Below, in pieces: positions 56,531 to 64,000 of a DNA stretch of 64,000 bases. A program made the position numbers and the translations under genes. Position 1 is the stretch's first letter. Every line of letters starts with the position of its first letter. Below the pieces are notes generated by a model, which did not search any database, was not told the DNA's origin, and saw only the letters and a program-made list of their open reading frames with translations. This stretch comes from Candidatus Omnitrophota bacterium (GTDB lineage Bacteria > Omnitrophota > Gorgyraeia > Gygaellales > Gygaellaceae), in contig JAGYNB010000004.1 in the NCBI GenBank assembly GCA_018400015.1, forward strand, positions 7,186 through 71,185. The letters run 5' to 3'.

Positions 56531-57825
56531 GTAATAAAGTAAATATCGGGTTGATTGGTTTTGGCACTATCGGTAGCGGCGTGGTAAAGATTCTGCATTC
56601 CAGGAAAGCCTTTTTGAAAAAAAAGACCGGGGTTGAAATAAACATCAAAAGAATATGTGATAAAGATTTGAAAAGCAGAAGAATTGTCAAAGTCAGGAGT
56701 TCTTTATTGACTAAAAAAGCTGATGATATCATAAATGATTCATCTATTGATATTGTTGTAGAGCTTATAGGCGGGGTGCATCCTGCCAAAGAGATAATCG
56801 AAAAGTCTTTACGTAAAGGAAAATACGTAGTAACTGCCAATAAGGCACTTTTATGTGAGGAAGCAGAAAGTATTTTTGCCATGAGCAAGACTTTGGGTAA
56901 GGATATTTATTTTGAGGCTGCGGTGGCAGGAGGTATACCGATAGTAAAGTCCATTAAGGAAGGTTTGATTGCCAATAAATTCTTGGGAATCTACGGCATA
57001 TTAAACGGAACTTCTAACTATGTTTTAAGTCTTATGGCAGAAAAAGATTGTAGTTTTACTCAAGCCCTGGAAGAAGCGAAGAAAAAGGGTTATGCAGAAA
57101 AAAATGCTTCTTTGGATGTTGAGGGGATTGATTCTGCACATAAGATAAGCCTGCTTTGTTATCTGGCATTTGGCAAAATTGTTAAGGTTAAAGATATTCT
57201 AGTTGAAGGTATAAACAGGATTTCATCTTTAGATATTCGTTATGCCAAGGAACTGGGTTTTAAGATAAAGCTCTTAGCGATTGCTAAAAAGGATAAGGAT
57301 AAGTTGGAAGTGAGAGTTCATCCTACCCTTATTCCCGAAGGTAATCTTTTAGCTTCGGTAGATGGAGTCTATAATGGAATTTGTTTAAGTGGAGATTTGA
57401 CCGGAAGACTTTTCTTTTACGGAAAAGGAGCAGGAAGATTTCCTACTGCTTCAAGCATTGTTAGCGATATCGTAGAGCTAACTAAAAATATTAAAGCAGG
57501 GCTTTTTAAGTCTGATATAAATATAATTGAAGATAAATCAGTAAAACTTTTAGAGAAAACCGGTGAATTTCAAAGTAGGTTTTATGTTAGATTCATGGCA
57601 ATAGATAAGCCTGGGATATTAGCTAAGATATCTGGAGTTTTGGGTGATTTTGGTATAAGTATTGCTTCTGTTACTCAGAAAGAGAGAAAATTTGCTAAAG
57701 CCGTACCTATTGTAATGATTACTCATATAGCTAAAGAAGAGCCTTTGAAAAAGGCAATAAAACAGATTGATAATCTTTCTATCGTTAAAGAACAGACCGT
57801 TGCTATTAAGATGGAGGATATTTAA
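56527..57825 (+). CDS. hom: Homoserine dehydrogenase (with C-terminal ACT domain)
   Basis: [13 protein letters not shown], the catalytic K/D region and the ACT domain. Confidence 0.9.
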   Translation: MSNKVNIGLIGFGTIGSGVVKILHSRKAFLKKKTGVEINIKRICDKDLKSRRIVKVRSSLLTKKADDIINDSSIDIVVELIGGVHPAKEIIEKSLRKGKYVVTANKALLCEEAESIFAMSKTLGKDIYFEAAVAGGIPIVKSIKEGLIANKFLGIYGILNGTSNYVLSLMAEKDCSFTQALEEAKKKGYAEKNASLDVEGIDSAHKISLLCYLAFGKIVKVKDILVEGINRISSLDIRYAKELGFKIKLLAIAKKDKDKLEVRVHPTLIPEGNLLASVDGVYNGICLSGDLTGRLFFYGKGAGRFPTASSIVSDIVELTKNIKAGLFKSDINIIEDKSVKLLEKTGEFQSRFYVRFMAIDKPGILAKISGVLGDFGISIASVTQKERKFAKAVPIVMITHIAKEEPLKKAIKQIDNLSIVKEQTVAIKMEDI

Positions 57826-57830
57826 AACAG

Positions 57831-58901
57831 ATGAAGTACAAAGGTATTATAGCTAAATATAAAAAATACTTACCGGTTACCGATAAAACTTCTATTGTTA
57901 CTTTACTTGAAGGTAACACGCCTTTAATCCATGCTGCTAAAATAAGCAGGCTTGTAGGTAAGAATGTAGAGCTTTATTTAAAATATGAAGGGCTTAATCC
58001 AACAGGTTCATTTAAAGACAGGGGCATGACTTTAGCTGTTACTAAAGCAAAAGAAGAAGGTTCAAAAGCGGTTATCTGTGCTTCTACTGGTAACACTTCA
58101 GCATCTGCAGCAGCATATGCGGCAAAAGCAGACATGAAATGTGTTGTGCTGATTCCTGAGGGAGCAATTGCTTTAGGTAAACTTGCTCAGGCCTTGATTC
58201 ACGGGGCTAAAGTAATACCGATTAAAGGCAATTTTGATAAAGCGTTGGAACTTGTCAGGCATATTTCCGATAACTATCCAATTACCTTAGTTAATTCGCT
58301 TAATCCCTATAGAATTGAAGGACAAAAAACCGGATCATTTGAGATATGTGATTTGTTGTCTATCGCACCTGATTTTCACTGTATACCCGTAGGCAATGCC
58401 GGCAATATCACTGCATACTGGAAAGGGTATAAGGAATATAAAAAGCAAGGTAAGATAAAGGATCTTCCTGTTATGTTGGGTTTTCAGGCAAAGGGTGCTT
58501 CTCCTATTGTTCATAATAAGGTATTTAACCGTCCTGAGACTATTGCAACGGCAATAAGGATCGGCAATCCAGCAAGCTGGATTCAAGCTGTGGCAGCAAA
58601 AAAAGAATCAAAAGGAGCAATTGATTATGTAACTGACAGAGAAATCTTGACTGCTTATAAGTTGTTGGCTTCCTTAGAAGGTGTATTTGTTGAACCAGCT
58701 TCAGCAGCTTCGGTTGCCGGTGTCTTAAAATATGTAAGGCAGGGTTATTTTAAGAGAATCATCTCTAAAAAGAAGAAAATAAAGATTGTTTGTATTTTGA
58801 CCGGTCACGGGTTAAAGGATCCTGACAGGGTAATAAAATCTGTTAATGTCCAGGATGCAATACCTGCAAAAGTTAAACAGGTTATTAAACAAATATTATG
58901 A
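57831..58901 (+). CDS. thrC: Threonine synthase
   Basis: PLP-lysine motif [12 protein letters not shown]. Confidence 0.9.
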   Translation: MKYKGIIAKYKKYLPVTDKTSIVTLLEGNTPLIHAAKISRLVGKNVELYLKYEGLNPTGSFKDRGMTLAVTKAKEEGSKAVICASTGNTSASAAAYAAKADMKCVVLIPEGAIALGKLAQALIHGAKVIPIKGNFDKALELVRHISDNYPITLVNSLNPYRIEGQKTGSFEICDLLSIAPDFHCIPVGNAGNITAYWKGYKEYKKQGKIKDLPVMLGFQAKGASPIVHNKVFNRPETIATAIRIGNPASWIQAVAAKKESKGAIDYVTDREILTAYKLLASLEGVFVEPASAASVAGVLKYVRQGYFKRIISKKKKIKIVCILTGHGLKDPDRVIKSVNVQDAIPAKVKQVIKQIL

Positions 58902-60097
58902 AATACGTAGTCTTAGTTCCAGATGGCATGGCAGATTATCCCATAGCAGGTTTAAACGGACACACTCCTTTACAGGTGGCCAAAACTCCTAATTTTGATA
59001 TGATTGCCAATAAGGGAATAATGGGCTTGGTAAAAACCGTCCCCGACGGTTTTACCCCAGCTTCAGATGTGGCAAATCTTGCTTTGTTCGGTTATGATCC
59101 GAGAAAATACTATCCCGGCAGAGCTCCTTTAGAAGCGGCAAATCTTAATGTTGAGTTAGGGCCTAACGATATTGCTTTTAGGTGTAATCTGGTTACTATA
59201 TTCGATAATAAAATGATTGATTATAGTGCAGGGCATATTACTTCTGCAGAGTCTCAAAAGTTGATAAGATTTCTTGATGAAAAATTAGGCAGCGAAAACA
59301 TAAAATTTTATTCAGGTACAAGCTATAGGCATCTTTTAGTGATTAAAAGTAACAATAATATAGACATTAAAGATTTAAAATGCATTCCTCCTCACGATAT
59401 TACCGGTAAGGATATTAAAAAATATCTGCCTAAGGGTTCGCTTTCTCAGACGCTAATACATCTTATGGAAGAGGCTTCAAAAGTTTTGACCTCTCATGAG
59501 ATTAATTTGGTAAGACTTGATTTGAAGGAAAACCCTGCAAATAATATCTGGCTTTGGGGATTCGGACAAGGCACGAATATGGAAAGTTTTATGGATAAGT
59601 TTGGACTTAAGGGCGGAGTTATTTCCGCAGTTGATTTGATTAAAGGGATAGGTAAAATAGTTGGTTTAAAGGTTATAGATGTTGAGGGGGCAACAGGTTT
59701 TTACGATACTAATTATGCGGGTAAAGCCGATGCGGCAATAGAAGTTTTAAAGAAAGATGATTATGTATACGTTCATGTGGAAGCGCCTGATGAGGCAGGG
59801 CATAATGGCGATCTTCAGGAAAAGATTTTGGCAATAGAACGTTTTGACCAGCAGATAATCGGTAAGATCTTAAATTATCTGCAAGGGCAAAAAAGCGATT
59901 ACAGAATTTTGGTTGTACCTGATCATGCGACTCCCATTGATTTAAAAACGCATACTGCAGATCCTGTTCCGTATGCTATGGCTGGTAGAAACATTGTTCC
60001 AAGTGCATCAAAAGCATTTACGGAAGAGCAAGCTAAACTATCTGGGAAAAACTTTGACTCTGGCGAAGAACTTATTAAATATTTTATTAAGTCCTGA
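58898..60097 (+). CDS. apgM: Archaeal-type cofactor-independent phosphoglycerate mutase family protein (ApgM-like), a candidate non-canonical homoserine kinase
   Basis: The N-terminus [12 protein letters not shown]...TPNFDMIA and the metal-binding residues of the alkaline-phosphatase-like iPGM family. Translationally coupled to hom-thrC. Confidence 0.75.
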   Translation: MKYVVLVPDGMADYPIAGLNGHTPLQVAKTPNFDMIANKGIMGLVKTVPDGFTPASDVANLALFGYDPRKYYPGRAPLEAANLNVELGPNDIAFRCNLVTIFDNKMIDYSAGHITSAESQKLIRFLDEKLGSENIKFYSGTSYRHLLVIKSNNNIDIKDLKCIPPHDITGKDIKKYLPKGSLSQTLIHLMEEASKVLTSHEINLVRLDLKENPANNIWLWGFGQGTNMESFMDKFGLKGGVISAVDLIKGIGKIVGLKVIDVEGATGFYDTNYAGKADAAIEVLKKDDYVYVHVEAPDEAGHNGDLQEKILAIERFDQQIIGKILNYLQGQKSDYRILVVPDHATPIDLKTHTADPVPYAMAGRNIVPSASKAFTEEQAKLSGKNFDSGEELIKYFIKS

Positions 60098-60102
60098 TTT
60101 GT

Positions 60103-61683
60103 ATGAATAGCGTGGTTATTCTAATTTTTGGCTTGATTGCATTGACGATAGGTTATTTCGTTTATGCGCGTTTTATTGCCAAATTGTTTGGTGTTGATTT
60201 TAACAGGCAAGTACCGAGTGTTTCTAAATGCGACGGTGTTGATTTTGTACCCGCACAGCATTGGTTGATGGTTTTTGGTCATCATTTTGCTTCAATTGCT
60301 GGAGCAGGTCCAATTGTCGGGCCGGTTTTGGCTTGTATTTATTGGGGTTGGGGTCCAGCTTTAGCCTGGATAATAATTGGGACTATTTTTATCGGAGGAG
60401 TGCATGATTTTGGATCATTGTTTGTTTCGATAAGAGAAGATGCTTGTAGTATTCCTGAGGTTGCCCAGAGGTATATTTCTAAAACCGCAAGGAATATGTT
60501 TTCAATATTTACTTGGTTTGCGCTTTTGTTGGTTGTGGCTGTTTTTGCATATTTATGCAGTATGACTTTTGTTAAGAATCCGTTTATTGTATTACCCAGT
60601 CTTGGTGTAATTCCCGTAGCTTTATTAACAGGGTTTTTTATTTACCGGTTTAAATTCAATTTAATTTTTACTACAGTAATTGGTCTTTTGTTAATGTTAG
60701 GGTTGATGTTTTTAGGAAAGTCATACCCGATTGATTTAGGAGAGAACGCTTTTATTATTTGGACTATTATTTTATTGGTTTATGCTTATATTGCTTCGGT
60801 ATTACCAGTAAATATACTCTTACAGCCCAGAGATTATTTAAGTAGTTTCTTTTTGTTTTTTGCGTTGATTGCTGGAATAGTTGGTATATTTGTTTCTAAC
60901 CCGAAAATTGTTGCGCCTGCTTTTAAAGGTGTGGTTGCCCCGGAAGGAGGTTTTGTTTGGCCGATGCTTTTTGTGATAATTGCCTGTGGTGCGATTTCCG
61001 GATTTCATAGTATGGTTGCTTCCGGGACTACTTCTAAGCAGATTACAAGTGAAGCTCATATCGCAAAAATTGGATACGGCGCAATGGTATTCGAAGCAGT
61101 TCTTGCGATTGTGGTTTTGATATGTGTTTCTATCGGCATATCCGGAGGTTTTAAAAAGGGCGAAGAGATATTATATTTTTCCAGAGGTTTCGAACAGGTT
61201 ACTTCTAGTTTTTTAAGAGGTTACGGAGGGGTATTCGCAATCCTTACTTTAAATGCATTTATTCTTACTACCCTTGATACTGCTACAAGAATAAATAGGT
61301 ATATTACTGAAGATATCTTTCGAATTAAAAATAGATTTATTTCAACATTTGTGGTGATTATTCTTGCTGCAGCCTTGGTTATTTCCGGAAGCTGGAAAAA
61401 GATTTGGCCTGTGTTTGGCGCTTCTAACCAGCTTGTTGCTGCGTTGACTTTACTTGTGTTAAGTGCTTGGCTTCTTTCAAGAAATAAAAAAATTAGATAT
61501 ACGATTATTCCTGCAATAGTTATGTTGATTACGACTATTGCAGCTTTAGTTATTCAAATAGTTGCCTTTATTAAGTTATCAAGTTATTTATTGGCGGCTA
61601 TTTGCATTTTATTGATTATTTTCTCGATAATTATGCTTAAGGAATCTATAAAAGTAATGATTAAAAGAAAATTAAAGCAATGA
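60103..61683 (+). CDS. cstA: Carbon starvation protein CstA family transporter
   Basis: HFASIAGAGPIVGPVLA and about 14 TM helices. Confidence 0.8.
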   Translation: MNSVVILIFGLIALTIGYFVYARFIAKLFGVDFNRQVPSVSKCDGVDFVPAQHWLMVFGHHFASIAGAGPIVGPVLACIYWGWGPALAWIIIGTIFIGGVHDFGSLFVSIREDACSIPEVAQRYISKTARNMFSIFTWFALLLVVAVFAYLCSMTFVKNPFIVLPSLGVIPVALLTGFFIYRFKFNLIFTTVIGLLLMLGLMFLGKSYPIDLGENAFIIWTIILLVYAYIASVLPVNILLQPRDYLSSFFLFFALIAGIVGIFVSNPKIVAPAFKGVVAPEGGFVWPMLFVIIACGAISGFHSMVASGTTSKQITSEAHIAKIGYGAMVFEAVLAIVVLICVSIGISGGFKKGEEILYFSRGFEQVTSSFLRGYGGVFAILTLNAFILTTLDTATRINRYITEDIFRIKNRFISTFVVIILAAALVISGSWKKIWPVFGASNQLVAALTLLVLSAWLLSRNKKIRYTIIPAIVMLITTIAALVIQIVAFIKLSSYLLAAICILLIIFSIIMLKESIKVMIKRKLKQ

Positions 61684-62900
61684 AGAAAATTATTGTTCAA
61701 AAATTCGGCGGTTCTTCTGTTGCAAACGTAGAGTGTATTAAACGTGTTGCAAAAAGAGTTGTTGAGTATAAGAAAAAAGGGTTTCATGTCGTAGTGGTAG
61801 TTTCGGCTTTGGGCGGTACTACAGACGAATTAATTGAGCTTTCTAATTGTATAACCGATAACCCCTCTGACAGGGAAATGGATATGCTTCTTTCAACAGG
61901 AGAGCAGATATCGGTTGCTTTATTGGCGATGGCGATCCATAGTTTTGGTTTTGAAGCAATATCTTTTACCGGGGCCCAAGTCGGGATTATTACCGACAAA
62001 AGCCATACTAAAGCAAGGATTCTTGAGATAAATACCATAAGAATTAAACAAGAGCTGGATAGTGATAGAATCGTTATTGTTGCAGGTTTTCAAGGCGTCA
62101 CTTTGGATCAGCATATTACTACATTAGGAAGAGGCGGTTCAGACCTTACTGCTGTGGCATTAGCTAAACAGCTAAAGGCATCAGAATGTGAGATTTATAC
62201 TGATGTAAAAGGTATCTATACGACTGACCCGCGGATTGAGCCTAAGGCAGTAAAATTAGATGAAATTACTTACGATGAGATGTTAGAGATGGCATCGCTT
62301 GGTGCTCAAGTTATGCAGGCGCGTTCTATTGAGGTTGCTAAAAAGTTCGATGTTCCCATACACGTGAGGTCTTCTTTTGAAAAAGATACAGGCACCATGA
62401 TTATAAGGGAGGTAAAGAGAATGGAAGATGTTGTCGTCAGAGGTATAACTTTGAATAATCAGGAAGCAAAGGTTACGGTTTGTGATGTCCCTGATAAGCC
62501 GGGAGTTGCAGCAAGGTTGTTCAAGAAGCTTTCTTTTAACGGTATTAACGTGGATATGATCGTTCAAAACGTCAGTCACACTCGCAGGACGGATATTTCT
62601 TTTACGGTTAAAAAGACAGATATCCCCAAGACAAAGAATACATTAAGAAAATTCGCAAAGAGCATTGATACTGGAGAGGTTGTTTACGATTTGGACATTG
62701 CCAGGATTTCTATTGTTGGCGTAGGTATGAAATCCCACCACGGTGTTGCAGCGGATATGTTTGATTCCTTGGCAAAAAATAAGATTAATATAGAAATGAT
62801 TTCTACGTCAGATATAAGCATTTCCTGTATTATAAGTAAGAAAAGCGCAAATAAAGCTATAAGAGCTTTGCATAAGAAATTTCAACTTATTAATAACTAG
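61680..62900 (+). CDS. lysC: Aspartate kinase (with two ACT domains)
   Basis: IIVQKFGGSSV and the ACT repeats. Confidence 0.9.
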   Translation: MKKIIVQKFGGSSVANVECIKRVAKRVVEYKKKGFHVVVVVSALGGTTDELIELSNCITDNPSDREMDMLLSTGEQISVALLAMAIHSFGFEAISFTGAQVGIITDKSHTKARILEINTIRIKQELDSDRIVIVAGFQGVTLDQHITTLGRGGSDLTAVALAKQLKASECEIYTDVKGIYTTDPRIEPKAVKLDEITYDEMLEMASLGAQVMQARSIEVAKKFDVPIHVRSSFEKDTGTMIIREVKRMEDVVVRGITLNNQEAKVTVCDVPDKPGVAARLFKKLSFNGINVDMIVQNVSHTRRTDISFTVKKTDIPKTKNTLRKFAKSIDTGEVVYDLDIARISIVGVGMKSHHGVAADMFDSLAKNKINIEMISTSDISISCIISKKSANKAIRALHKKFQLINN

Positions 62901-62908
62901 AGGTAAAA

Positions 62909-64000
62909 ATGGATAAGGTTTATTTATACGATACTACTTTAAGGGATGGTTCTCAAGGTGAAGGTATATCATATTCTGTTATGGATAAAGTCAGGATTAC
63001 TGAAGAACTTAATCGGTTTGGCGTGCATTTCATCGAAGGCGGTTGGCCGGGTTCAAATCCAAAAGACATGACTTATTTTAAAAAAATGAGCGCTAAGAAG
63101 TTAAAGAATTCATCCATAGTCGCTTTTGGTTCTACGCGTAAGGCTAATACTACAGCCATAAAAGATGCTAATATAAGCGCCTTGCTTGAATCAAAAGCAA
63201 AAGTAGCGGCAATATTTGGCAAAACCTGGGATTTACATGTTAAAGACGTTTTGCGTACATCATTAGATGAAAACTTGTATATGATAAAAGATAGCGTAAG
63301 TTATCTTGTTTCTAAAAAGATAAAAGTCTTTTATGATGCAGAGCATTTTTTTGATGCATATAAAGCAAATAAAAGTTATGCCATAAAGACTATCCTTGCT
63401 GCACAAGATTCCGGTGCGGAAATGATTGTTTTATGTGATACCAACGGCGGTACAATTGCCTCAGAATTGTTAAAGATAATAAATGAGATAAAACCTCTTG
63501 TTAAAGTCGGTTTAGGGATTCATTGCCATAATGATTCTGGATTGGCAGTTGCTAATTCTATTGCTGCAGTGGAAGCAGGATGCAGTATGGTTCAAGGTAC
63601 GGTCAACGGCTATGGTGAACGCTGCGGTAATGCAGACTTAGTTGCCATAATTGCAAATCTGAAGTTAAAGCTGAATATTGATTGCATTAGCGATAAGAAT
63701 TTAAAAGACCTTACCTATCTATCGCATTTTGTTGCGGAGGTCAGCAATATGCGCATTAAAGATGATCAGCCGTTTACGGGGAATTCTGCTTTTGCCCACA
63801 AAGGCGGAGTGCATATTAATGCAATAATGAAGAATCCTGTTAGTTATGAACATATTGATCCTAGTTTAGTTGGCAATAGGCGCAGAATTTTAGTTTCCGA
63901 GCTGGCAGGCAAGACAGGGATTCTTTTACGCGCAAAGGACCTTGATTTGGACCTTACGAAAAATGACCCCAAAACAAAGAAAATTCTTTCACTTATTCAG
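62909..64000 (+). CDS. cimA: (R)-citramalate synthase / 2-isopropylmalate synthase family (CimA-like); 3' partial, runs off the window
   Basis: LYDTTLRDGSQGEG and HFIEGGWPGSNPKD, then HCHNDSGLAVANS. Open to position 64000. Confidence 0.75.
   Translation, partial: MDKVYLYDTTLRDGSQGEGISYSVMDKVRITEELNRFGVHFIEGGWPGSNPKDMTYFKKMSAKKLKNSSIVAFGSTRKANTTAIKDANISALLESKAKVAAIFGKTWDLHVKDVLRTSLDENLYMIKDSVSYLVSKKIKVFYDAEHFFDAYKANKSYAIKTILAAQDSGAEMIVLCDTNGGTIASELLKIINEIKPLVKVGLGIHCHNDSGLAVANSIAAVEAGCSMVQGTVNGYGERCGNADLVAIIANLKLKLNIDCISDKNLKDLTYLSHFVAEVSNMRIKDDQPFTGNSAFAHKGGVHINAIMKNPVSYEHIDPSLVGNRRRILVSELAGKTGILLRAKDLDLDLTKNDPKTKKILSLIQ

Noticed and set aside
1-64000. CRISPR arrays, IS elements/transposases, integrons.
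   Set aside because: I saw no short direct repeats with regular spacing, no transposase, integrase or recombinase ORFs and no terminal inverted repeats. The only notable direct repeat is the 54-nt PilZ core.

Overview
This is a 64-kb low-GC (roughly one-third GC by eye) bacterial chromosomal window in which every feature I can support lies on the + strand. The proteins are Lys/Ile-rich and the ribosomal proteins are divergent, which suggests an uncultivated lineage; I cannot name the phylum from sequence alone.

Content in order:
- 1-8.8 kb: a compact, apparently complete type IV pilus (T4P) assembly locus. It holds a PilM-PilN fusion (5' partial), PilO, PilP, a short PilQ secretin, the PilB ATPase, the PilC platform protein, three paralogous Cys-rich prepilins and two minor prepilins.
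- tRNA-Ala(CGC).
- A three-gene AmmeMemoRadiSam module: a radical SAM (rSAM) enzyme, a Memo-AMMECR1 fusion and a CcdA-like membrane protein. Both soluble components carry Sec-signal-like N-termini.
- Housekeeping genes: rsmE, mtaB, cvpA, a Nif3-like gene, dnaG, rpoD, an SDR gene, tRNA-Ile2(CAU), tRNA-Val(CAC), a COG1579 zinc-ribbon gene, an RNase HI-like gene, the RNase P RNA gene rnpB, yebC, ruvC, ruvA, scpB, the aromatic amino-acid block pheA, a hisC-like aminotransferase, a DAHP synthase and tyrA, cmk, lepA, lepB, a glycine-zipper/zinc-ribbon lipoprotein, pgsA and plsY.
- An AT-rich orphan region with one ORFan.
- gatCAB, ctp, a yibQ-like gene and tsaD.
- mgtC, then a bactofilin fused to an excisionase-type HTH, then a membrane-anchored HTH protein.
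- The corrinoid iron-sulfur protein (CFeSP) methyl-transfer module: acsC, the reductive activator RACo, acsD and acsE.
- A divergent L27, a PNPOx-like gene, tRNA-Met, tilS, ftsH, folP, cdaA with a truncated cdaR remnant, pdxJ, acpS, nnr, tRNA-Thr, tRNA-Tyr, tRNA-Gly, a short ThyA-like gene, gpsA and tRNA-Pro(GGG).
- Tandem PilZ paralogs, hom, thrC, an archaeal-type iPGM (a candidate homoserine-kinase analog), cstA, lysC and a 3' partial cimA/leuA-family gene.

I see no CRISPR array, transposase or integrase. All minus-strand ORFs in the six-frame track appear to be shadow ORFs.

The most unusual items are the signal-peptide-bearing radical SAM/Memo-AMMECR1 pair with its adjacent paired-cysteine membrane protein, the bactofilin-HTH plus membrane-HTH pair next to mgtC, the G8 homopolymers in the pilus locus, and the tandem PilZ pair that shares a 54-nt near-identical core.
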